Of a DNA stretch of 14,852 nt, positions 7,221-14,196 are shown piece by piece. The notes under the pieces are model-generated. The model had not been told where the DNA came from. It ran no database searches and saw only the letters and a program-made list of their open reading frames with translations. Positions within the stretch are counted from its first letter, which is position 1. Each line of letters opens with the position of its first letter. The position numbers and the translations under genes were made by a program. The DNA is taken from positions 1 through 14,852 of the forward strand of contig JAMOPY010000029.1 in NCBI GenBank assembly GCA_027064305.1, written 5' to 3'. Source of the DNA: Methanobacteriota archaeon. Lineage in GTDB: Archaea > JAADCQ01 > Methanopyri > Methanopyrales > Methanopyraceae.

Positions 7221-7609
7221 TGACCATCGCCGAGTTCATCGCGGTCGGCGTGATCACGCTCGCCGTGATCATCGTCGTGGCCCTGATCGTGCGAAGCCGC
7301 ACGAGCACCGAGTCCGGGGAGTCCTCCACCTTGCTGGGTAACAAGCTGTCCGGGAAGCTGTCCCTGTCCAGCTCCGACCTCATCTCCAAGCGCGTGGACG
7401 AGATGATCGAGCGGCGCGTGGAGGAGCTCATCGACAGCTGGGGACTGGCCACGACCGAGGACCTGGAGCAGGTGGAGCGCCGGGTGGACGCGCTCGACCG
7501 ACGGCTGGGGGAGCTGGAGCAGCGGTTCAACGAGTTCAGGAACGACATCCGAAGGAAGATCGAGCGGCTGGAGGCTCGGCTCCGAGAGCTCTCCGAGTCC
7601 GAGGAGTGA
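7217..7609 (+). CDS. Hypothetical protein, N-terminal transmembrane helix + coiled coil
   Basis: TM segment FIAVGVITLAVIIVVALIV, Ser-rich linker, long heptad region (LATTEDLEQVERRVDALDRRL...). Start GTG 7217 or ATG 7220 after a GGTGGTGA RBS. Overlaps both neighbours. Confidence 0.78.
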   Translation: MMTIAEFIAVGVITLAVIIVVALIVRSRTSTESGESSTLLGNKLSGKLSLSSSDLISKRVDEMIERRVEELIDSWGLATTEDLEQVERRVDALDRRLGELEQRFNEFRNDIRRKIERLEARLRELSESEE

Positions 7610-8358
7610 CGACCCGGGGTCCGACCTTGGAGCGGCCCATCGCCTCCTCCGTCCTCAGGAAAGGTTACGAGGTGCTTAACGACCGGGCCCGGAGCGACGT
7701 CATCGTCGTCGGGGCCGGCCCGGCCGGTCTCACCTGCGCCTACGAGCTGGCCCGGAACGACGTGAAGGTGACCGTCATCGAGCGGCAGCTGTACGTCGGC
7801 GGCGGGATGACCGGCGGCGGGATGTTCCTGCCCGCGGGCGTCGTGATGGAGGAGGACGCCGAGCTCCTGGAGGAGCTGGGGGTCGAGCTGGAACCCGCCG
7901 AGGAGGGCCTGCTCGCGTTCAACCCCGTGGAGGCGGCGATCAAGCTCGCCCACGCGGCCGTGGAGGCGGGCGCCGTCATCCTCGTGGGGCTGGAGGTGGA
8001 GGACGTGATCGAGCGTCAGGGCCGCGTCGAGGGCGTCGTCGTCAACTGGACGGCCGCCAAGCGCGCCGGCATGCACGTGGACCCGCTGCCGATGGAGGCC
8101 AAGTTCACCGTGGACGCCACGGGCCACGAGGCCTCGGTCTGCCGGTGCGCGGGCGTGGAGGTGAAGGGAGAGGGACCGATGTGGGCGGAGCGCGGCGAGG
8201 AGCTCGTGGAGAAGCACACCCGAGAGGTCAAGCCGGGCCTCTTCGTCGCCGGCATGGCCGCCTCCGCGGTGCGCGGCGCCTACCGGATGGGACCCATCTT
8301 CGGCGGCATGCTCCGCTCCGGCAGGAAGGCGGCCCGGGAGATCCTGGAGCGCCTCTAA
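7606..8358 (+). CDS. thi4: Sulfide-dependent adenosine diphosphate thiazole synthase (Thi4, non-Cys type)
   Basis: DVIVVGAGPAGL, GGGMTGGG, VVVNWT, MHVDPL (His in place of the suicide Cys), DATGHEA, PGLFVAGM, RMGPIFGGMLRSGRKAA. Confidence 0.93.
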   Translation: MTTRGPTLERPIASSVLRKGYEVLNDRARSDVIVVGAGPAGLTCAYELARNDVKVTVIERQLYVGGGMTGGGMFLPAGVVMEEDAELLEELGVELEPAEEGLLAFNPVEAAIKLAHAAVEAGAVILVGLEVEDVIERQGRVEGVVVNWTAAKRAGMHVDPLPMEAKFTVDATGHEASVCRCAGVEVKGEGPMWAERGEELVEKHTREVKPGLFVAGMAASAVRGAYRMGPIFGGMLRSGRKAAREILERL

Positions 8359-9017
8359 CGCCCTCCCAGGAGCTCCAACGCCTCCCTCACCTCGCGAACC
8401 GTCATCTGCCCCGGGGCCGCCGCGCCCCGGACCGCGGCGTACGTGGCGTACCCGCCCACGAGCAGGCTCACCACCCGCGTGTACCGGGCCCGCTCGCCCA
8501 TCGCGAAGCCGATCGTGGGCGCGTCGGCGGTCTCCACCATCTCCAGCACCCGCAGGGCCTCCCCGTGATCCCGCGCCGTGGGGACCACCTTGGCCACGTC
8601 CCCCAGCTCCGCGCACCGGTCCCGCAGCTCGAACAGCTCCTTCTTCTCCGGAGTACCCTCGAAGTCGTGGTGCGACACGATCGTGCGGCACGCGGGCCGG
8701 ATCACGTCCTCCTCGGCCACGTCCAGCTCCACGTCCACGAAGTCGGCCTCCTCCGAGACCCGCTCCAGGATCTCCAACCGGCGCTCCTCGTCGCCCTCGA
8801 ACCGCCCGCCCTCCTCCGCCCGGCGCAGCGTGGCGATCACGCGCTCGTACCGCGAGCACTCCCGAACGGCCCTCAGGGCCGTCCTCAGGTCCAGGTTCTC
8901 CAGGTAGTCCAGCCGCACCTCCAGCGCGTCCGCGCCCTGCTCCACGGCCTCGACGGCCAGCTCGACCATGTCCTCCACGGTGCGCCCGGTCAGCGTGGCG
9001 ATGATGAGGCCGGGCAA
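8355..9017 (-). CDS. aroD: 3-dehydroquinate dehydratase type I
   Basis: ADALEVRLDYL, IATLRRAEEGG, VDVEL, VSHHDFEGTP, DVAKVV (Schiff-base Lys), FAMGE...TR, APGQ. Confidence 0.93.
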   Translation of the reverse strand: MPGLIIATLTGRTVEDMVELAVEAVEQGADALEVRLDYLENLDLRTALRAVRECSRYERVIATLRRAEEGGRFEGDEERRLEILERVSEEADFVDVELDVAEEDVIRPACRTIVSHHDFEGTPEKKELFELRDRCAELGDVAKVVPTARDHGEALRVLEMVETADAPTIGFAMGERARYTRVVSLLVGGYATYAAVRGAAAPGQMTVREVREALELLGGR

Positions 9018-9020
9018 GGT

Positions 9021-9464
9021 CTACTCCTCCAGCGCCTCCTTGATGCGATCCAGGATGATCTCGGCGATGCGCCGATCCGCCCCGATCGGCTCCGTGTAGA
9101 CGATCTCCGCGTCCACGTCCACGGGCTCGTACTCGCGGTGATGATCGTGGTGATGATGGTGCCCGTGATCGTGATCGTGCCCGTGATCCTCCTCCCAGTC
9201 CGGCTCCAGGCCCAGCATCCTCGGGATGTCCCGCTTGGTGTGCACCCCGTGGGCCAGGAACACCGGCACGACCACGATCCGATCCGCCCCCGACTCGGCC
9301 GCCCGCTTCACGGCCTCCTGGATGGACGGCTCCGAGAACTCCATGAACCCGACCTCCACGGCCTCGAAGTCGCCCATCTCCTCCACGTACTCGGCGAGCT
9401 TCTCCACCACCTCGCGGTTGTACGGGAGGCGGCTGCCATGCCCCACGAGCACGACGGCTACCAT
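9021..9464 (-). CDS. cbiX: Short class II chelatase CbiX-S (sirohydrochlorin Co/Ni chelatase, CfbA-like)
   Basis: LVGHGSRLP, VGFMEFSEP, VVPVFLAHGVHTKRDIP, internal His-rich loop, EPIGAD. Confidence 0.93.
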   Translation of the reverse strand: MVAVVLVGHGSRLPYNREVVEKLAEYVEEMGDFEAVEVGFMEFSEPSIQEAVKRAAESGADRIVVVPVFLAHGVHTKRDIPRMLGLEPDWEEDHGHDHDHGHHHHHDHHREYEPVDVDAEIVYTEPIGADRRIAEIILDRIKEALEE

Positions 9465-9467
9465 GTA

Positions 9468-10202
9468 TCACAACTCCCCCAGTAGCGTGTTAACGACCAC
9501 CAGCACGGCCAGGATGCCCCTATATTCGTCTATCTCCCGCAGCTCCTCGGACAGCTCCAGCTGCAGCCCCTGCACCCGCTTACCGTCGCAGTGATACTCC
9601 AGGATGTCCCCGCCGCAGAACTCCTGCTCGAACCCCACGTCGAACCCGCACTCCTCCAACCGCTCCACCACCTTCGCGACGAGCTCACCCCTCGCGGCCT
9701 CGCCGCCCAGCGCCCCCACGTCCACCTCCGGCCGGATGGGGTCGGACTCCATCCCGTGCAGGTCCACGATGAACCGGATCCCGTGCTCCTCGATCAGCTC
9801 CGAGATCCGGCGCCGGAAGGGCGTGTCCCGCGTCCACTCCCGGTTGTAATCGGCCGGTCGATCCTCCCCGGGCAGGCGCGACCGCCGGCTGACCGTCGCG
9901 ATGAGCGCGTGACAGCCGGCGATCCGCGCGACCCACCACGCGATCTCCCCGGTGAACACGTCCGCCCCGGGCCCCTGCGCGTGCGGGGCCGTGAGCAGGA
10001 TCGGGCGCGCCCCGCGGACCTCCACGTACCCGCGCAGCCGCACCTCCGAGCCCACCCGCTCGCCGTCGACCGACAGCCCCGGCACGCCCCTCAGGGCGCG
10101 CCGGAGCCGCTCCGGAGGGACGTCCAGCCGCTCGGACAGCTCCCGAACGTCCGAGATCCCCTCCCGGAGAATCAGCTCCACGGCCCGGCTCCTCAGGGGC
10201 AA
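9468..10202 (-). CDS. N-terminal HTH-like segment fused to an N-formylglutamate amidohydrolase-like Zn hydrolase domain
   Basis: N-terminus DVRELSERLDVPPERLRRAL is HTH-like. Then LLTAPHA, ADYNRE, IVDLHGM, VDVG and LQLELSEELR resemble FGase/Zn-carboxypeptidase-fold motifs. Confidence 0.7.
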   Translation of the reverse strand: MPLRSRAVELILREGISDVRELSERLDVPPERLRRALRGVPGLSVDGERVGSEVRLRGYVEVRGARPILLTAPHAQGPGADVFTGEIAWWVARIAGCHALIATVSRRSRLPGEDRPADYNREWTRDTPFRRRISELIEEHGIRFIVDLHGMESDPIRPEVDVGALGGEAARGELVAKVVERLEECGFDVGFEQEFCGGDILEYHCDGKRVQGLQLELSEELREIDEYRGILAVLVVVNTLLGEL

Positions 10203-10204
10203 GC

Positions 10205-10930
10205 TCAGAGCCCCAGGATCCTCTTCGCGTTCTCCTCCAGGATCAGATCGTGGTCCACGTCGGCCGCCCGCACCACCTCCAGCTGCGCGGCCGGGCTACC
10301 GTACGGGGAGTCCGAGCCGAAGAGGATGCGCTCCTCCCCCACCCGCTCCGCCGCGCGCTCGATCACCTCCGGATCCTTCACCAGGGAGACCTCCAGGTAC
10401 GCGTTCTCGTGCTCCTCCGCGACCCGGATCGCCGCGTCGTACCCCTGCTCCTTACCCATGTGCGCCATGATGATGGGCGTGTCCGGCACCTCCTCCGCCA
10501 GCCGACCCACCCGGACGGGATCCGAGAAGGGCTCACCCCGGGCCGTGTGAACGATCACCGGCACGCTCAGGTCCGCCGCTTTCTCCACCACCCGAACCGC
10601 CTCCGGGTCGTCCGGGTAGAAGGACTGACTGCGCGGGTGCAGCTTGACCCCCCGCAGCCCCAGCTCGCGCACGCACCGCTCCACCTCCTCCACCGCCGCC
10701 TCCTCGCAGTTCGGGTCCACCCGGCAGAACCCGATCAGCTCCTCGTGCTCCGAGCACGCCTGCGCGATCCGATCGTTCGCCTTCGAGAAGCACACGCCCG
10801 GATCGACGTCGTTGAAGGGGAACACGACCGCCCGGTCGATCCCGTTGACCCGCATCTTCGCGAGCAGCATCTCCACGGTCTGGACCGTGCCGTCCACGTC
10901 CTCCCCTAGGTGATTGTGAACGTCGATCAC
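10205..10930 (-). CDS. Metal-dependent TIM-barrel hydrolase (amidohydrolase_2 family)
   Basis: Only the C-terminal 241 aa of ORF 10205..12229 looks real, starting at GTG 10930 (GTGA overlap with the upstream stop). Motifs IDVHNHLG, GVKLHP, IVHTA, MAHMG, ILFGSDSPY. Confidence 0.9.
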   Translation of the reverse strand: MIDVHNHLGEDVDGTVQTVEMLLAKMRVNGIDRAVVFPFNDVDPGVCFSKANDRIAQACSEHEELIGFCRVDPNCEEAAVEEVERCVRELGLRGVKLHPRSQSFYPDDPEAVRVVEKAADLSVPVIVHTARGEPFSDPVRVGRLAEEVPDTPIIMAHMGKEQGYDAAIRVAEEHENAYLEVSLVKDPEVIERAAERVGEERILFGSDSPYGSPAAQLEVVRAADVDHDLILEENAKRILGL

Positions 10931-12405
10931 CACCGGCTCACGATCCCCCTGCTCACGTGCTCGAGCTGGACGATCTGATCCCCCTCTTTGAGCGGTACCC
11001 TCACGCCCCGGGGCAGCCGGCCCAGCACGCCCTCCCGCTCGGCCACGACCACGGGCTGATCGACGCCCACCGTGATCCGGGCCCGCACGATGTCCTTGAC
11101 GAACCCCAGCCGGTCCCGCCGGTACTCGTAGTCCGCGACCGGGGTCAGGCGCCCCACCAGCCGGGTCCCCTCCGGGATCCTGACCCGCTTCCCGTTGATC
11201 TCCAGGACGCGGTCCGAGCCGAGCCGCACGACGACCTCCTTCCCCTCGTACCGCGCCAGCTCCTCGAACTTCCGCTCCACCTTCAGGGACGGCCGCTCCT
11301 CGAGCTCGGTCTTCCCGTTGCGCAGCTGGGAGCGGAAGGAGAGCCCGAACTCGTCGACGATCTCCTCCACGAGCCCGATCAGCTCCAGGAGCGCCTCCCG
11401 GGCCTCCACGATCCCGTCCTCTCGGACGAACTCCGCCTCGATCCCGGACCGGATCGCCCGCTCCCGGTTCTCCATGTGGTGCTCGTCCGGATGGCTCATC
11501 CGACCCTCCTTCTCGTACAGGTAGAACCCGTGCACGCCCAACCCCGCGATGAGGAGGATCACGTCGTGCAGGTAGTCCAGGGACTTCTGGTTGTCGATCG
11601 CCCGCACCTCCACCCGGTTCCGCTCCGGGCTCTCGTTCTCGTCCCCCGTCACGTTCGAGGCCGGCCCGCGCGGGGTGATGTCCACCAACCGCTTGCCGTT
11701 CGGGTGCGCCACCACCCGCTCCTCGAACTCCGTGTCCTTGCGCAGCCGGAGCTTGTACCGGAGTCGACCGTAGTACTGCGTCTGGGTCAGGGTGGGGCGC
11801 TTGGGGGGCCGCTCCAGCCGCGCGTGCCGGTTGGGCTTGAGCACCCGGCTCTTCAGCAGCCGACAGCTGGCCGCGAGGTTCCGCCCCCCGCAGCAGTAGG
11901 GCGTGTTGGCCGTGGCCGCGATGAGCGTGGGCAGGTGGTACCACAGGTAGTTGTACACCGCGCAGACCTGGGACGGCGTCATGTACGGCTTGTCCTTGAA
12001 CCGGATGGCCAGGTTCACGTGCGTCCCGTTGATCGGCAGGGGATCGCTCTCCACCGGGTGCATGCTCTCCAGCAGGACCAGGAGTCTCATCCGGCTGGCC
12101 GCCTTCCGGATCAGCTCCCGACCCACCTTGCAGGCCTCCAGCGCCTCCTCCGGCGGCACGGGCTGGGTGATGTACTCGATCTGCGCCGGGTTCGGCTCCG
12201 GGTCCAGGCCCAGCACGTACTCCCAGCACGTGTCGAGCAGCGAGTGGTCCGACTTCAGCAGCTCCGCCGCCTCCATGATCACGTCGTCGGCGGCCCGCAC
12301 GAGGGAACCGCGCCGGCTGATGAGGAACAGCTCCTCCTCGATCCCCACGCGCACCTCGATCCGCTCCAGGAACCGGCGCAGCCGCCTCCGGCGGATGAGC
12401 GGCAC
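10927..12405 (-). CDS. Glutamate-cysteine ligase family 2 (YbdK-like) carboxylate-amine ligase with an extra C-terminal domain
   Basis: VGIEEELFLI (ExE metal motif), AQIEYIT, SMHP, NGTHVNL, LIAATANTPY, ASCR, DITPR, RVEVRAIDNQ and ENRERAIRSG match the GCS2/YbdK motif order. Confidence 0.82.
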   Translation of the reverse strand: MPLIRRRRLRRFLERIEVRVGIEEELFLISRRGSLVRAADDVIMEAAELLKSDHSLLDTCWEYVLGLDPEPNPAQIEYITQPVPPEEALEACKVGRELIRKAASRMRLLVLLESMHPVESDPLPINGTHVNLAIRFKDKPYMTPSQVCAVYNYLWYHLPTLIAATANTPYCCGGRNLAASCRLLKSRVLKPNRHARLERPPKRPTLTQTQYYGRLRYKLRLRKDTEFEERVVAHPNGKRLVDITPRGPASNVTGDENESPERNRVEVRAIDNQKSLDYLHDVILLIAGLGVHGFYLYEKEGRMSHPDEHHMENRERAIRSGIEAEFVREDGIVEAREALLELIGLVEEIVDEFGLSFRSQLRNGKTELEERPSLKVERKFEELARYEGKEVVVRLGSDRVLEINGKRVRIPEGTRLVGRLTPVADYEYRRDRLGFVKDIVRARITVGVDQPVVVAEREGVLGRLPRGVRVPLKEGDQIVQLEHVSRGIVSRW

Positions 12406-12411
12406 GCGGTC

Positions 12412-13680
12412 CTACCCCCGGAGCAGCTCGTCCAGGGTCCGCTGCACCACCCTGCCGCCGCCCGTCCGCGGTCCCTCCTCCCCGCCCTCCTCACCGTCTT
12501 CCTCCTCGCCCACGAGGATCTCCCCGTACCGACCGCCCCCGCCCGGCCGGATCCGAACCGACCCCTCCCGGAAGGCCCGCAGGAGCCTCGCGACCCGCTC
12601 GTCCACCTCCGCCACCTCCTCCGGCGGCGCCTCGACCAGCACGTCGATCTCGCTCCCGAACCGCCGGACGAGGGCGTTCCACACGGCGTTCACCTTCTTC
12701 GCCGTGACCGTCGAGAGGCCCAGCGCCTTCGCGATCAGCTCCGACAGCGGGACGATCCGCAGGTACGGGGGCCGATGCTTCGGGTGCCTCGGCTCGTCCA
12801 GGTCCGCCAGCTCGAGCACCCGGTCCCGCACGCCCTTCTTGATCCGTCCACCGCACTCGGGGCACCGCCAGTTCAGCCGCTCCGCCTCCTCCAGCGTGAA
12901 CTGGCGCTTGCACCGGGCGCACGCCGTCCGGTTGTACTTGCCCAGCTCCGGGACCAGGCCCACGTTCAGGACCACGCGACCGCCCGGCTTCCGCCGGATC
13001 GCCGCCTTGATCGCGTCGTAGGAGGGCTCCTCCAGCTCCAGCCGGACGAACTCGCGCCCGAGCCGGTGCGGGTAGGGGGAGTGCGCGTCGGAGCAGGTGA
13101 GGAACGTGTACCGGTGCAGCTCCGAGATCCGGTCCGCGTAGTCGGAGTCCGCGGAGAGGCCCAGCTCCACGAAGTCGACCCGGTCCACGGCGTCGCCGTA
13201 GCACTCGGACAGGGAGTCGTACTCCTTGAACACGCTGGTCCAGGGGACGAACGCGTGCGCCGGGCCGACCAGGCACTCCCGCTCCTTCAGCAGGTCCACC
13301 AGCTCGGCCCCGGAGAGGTCGACCCTCGGCCGACCCTCCTCCTCGATGTCCGGGGAATGAGGCCTCAGCTCCTCGTACAGGTCCTCGGCCGCGTCCAGCG
13401 AGGGCAGGATCACGAGGTGGTGCACCCGGTCCCGATCCTCGATCTCGACCGTGGGGACGAACCGGACGCCCGTGCGCGGGTCCCGGAGCAGCCCGTACTC
13501 GTCCCGCTCCAGCTCGCGCCGCACGTGCCGCCGCCACCGGGGATGGAGGATGTCCCCCGTGCCGACGAGGTCCAGCCCCTTCCTCCTCGCCCCGCGGGCG
13601 AGCTCCCGGATCACCATCCGAGGGGAGGTGCCCCCGGAGTACTTGGAGTGCAGGTGGAGGTCGGCGTCGTAGGTGGGCAC
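12412..13680 (-). CDS. endoQ: Endonuclease Q (PHP domain + Zn ribbon + C-terminal helical domain; TIGR00375-like)
   Basis: DADLHLHSKYS, KGLDLVGTGD, RVHHLV, GPAHAFVPW, ELGLSAD, SDAHSP..HRLGRE, GKYNRTACARC...CPECGG.IKKGV, FGSEIDVL, PGGGGRYG. Confidence 0.9.
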   Translation of the reverse strand: MPTYDADLHLHSKYSGGTSPRMVIRELARGARRKGLDLVGTGDILHPRWRRHVRRELERDEYGLLRDPRTGVRFVPTVEIEDRDRVHHLVILPSLDAAEDLYEELRPHSPDIEEEGRPRVDLSGAELVDLLKERECLVGPAHAFVPWTSVFKEYDSLSECYGDAVDRVDFVELGLSADSDYADRISELHRYTFLTCSDAHSPYPHRLGREFVRLELEEPSYDAIKAAIRRKPGGRVVLNVGLVPELGKYNRTACARCKRQFTLEEAERLNWRCPECGGRIKKGVRDRVLELADLDEPRHPKHRPPYLRIVPLSELIAKALGLSTVTAKKVNAVWNALVRRFGSEIDVLVEAPPEEVAEVDERVARLLRAFREGSVRIRPGGGGRYGEILVGEEEDGEEGGEEGPRTGGGRVVQRTLDELLRG

Positions 13681-13701
13681 CCTACTCCCCCTGGCGGGCT
13701 T

Positions 13702-14196
13702 TTAGACCGGGAGCAGCTCGCGCAGTTTCTCCTCCGTCTCCGGGACGATCTCGAAGGCGATCCAGCCGGCGAGCACGATGATCAGGAGGCCGATGAGCTG
13801 GCCCACGATGTCGTGGGCCACCCGGAACCCCACGTGCCAGACGCTCATCATGTAGAACATGAACGCGAGCCGGAGCACGTTCCCCGCGGTCATGATCGCG
13901 GTCGAGACGGCGATGGCCAGGAGCTTGCGGGTCAGCGAGGGGCCCGGGGTCGCGAGGATGAGACCGACGAAGAGGGCGATCGCGGGCCACACGACGCAGC
14001 CCTTCACGATCACGGCGTTGATCCCGCCCACCTGGAACGTGTACCCCGTCTTCGGGAGGTGCACGCCCAGCGCGTTGAGCAGCGAGTGCACCCAGTGGGC
14101 GGTGCGGTACTGCAGGGGCTCCGTGTCGATCCCGGAGTACACGAACAGGGAGACGGCGACGGCGGCGGTCAGGTACCGCCAGTCCACCCGTCTCAC
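13702..14196 (-). CDS. Archaeosortase/exosortase-family membrane transpeptidase
   Basis: Small multi-TM protein with the family's Cys-Arg-His triad in order: IVKGC, GNVLR, AHDIVG. Also LILATP....RKL. GTGA overlap with the upstream gene. Confidence 0.8.
   Translation of the reverse strand: MRRVDWRYLTAAVAVSLFVYSGIDTEPLQYRTAHWVHSLLNALGVHLPKTGYTFQVGGINAVIVKGCVVWPAIALFVGLILATPGPSLTRKLLAIAVSTAIMTAGNVLRLAFMFYMMSVWHVGFRVAHDIVGQLIGLLIIVLAGWIAFEIVPETEEKLRELLPV

Noticed and set aside
7159-9471. 770 aa minus-strand ORF, plus other long alternate-frame ORFs (18..1250, 8145..9485, 5729..6901, 3460..4410, 12491..13537)
   Set aside because: G/R/A/P-rich off-frame or antisense shadows of well-supported genes.
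9489-9535. AT-richer patch (minus strand GAATATA, GTTAAC) as a cbiX promoter
   Set aside because: Plausible, but the TATA/BRE match is too weak to call from sequence alone.
10931-12229. Apparent 433 aa N-terminal extension of the amidohydrolase ORF (possible fusion or frameshift)
   Set aside because: It is an alternate frame of the ligase gene with G/A/P/R-rich composition. A GTGA-coupled start at 10930 directly precedes the IDVHNH motif.
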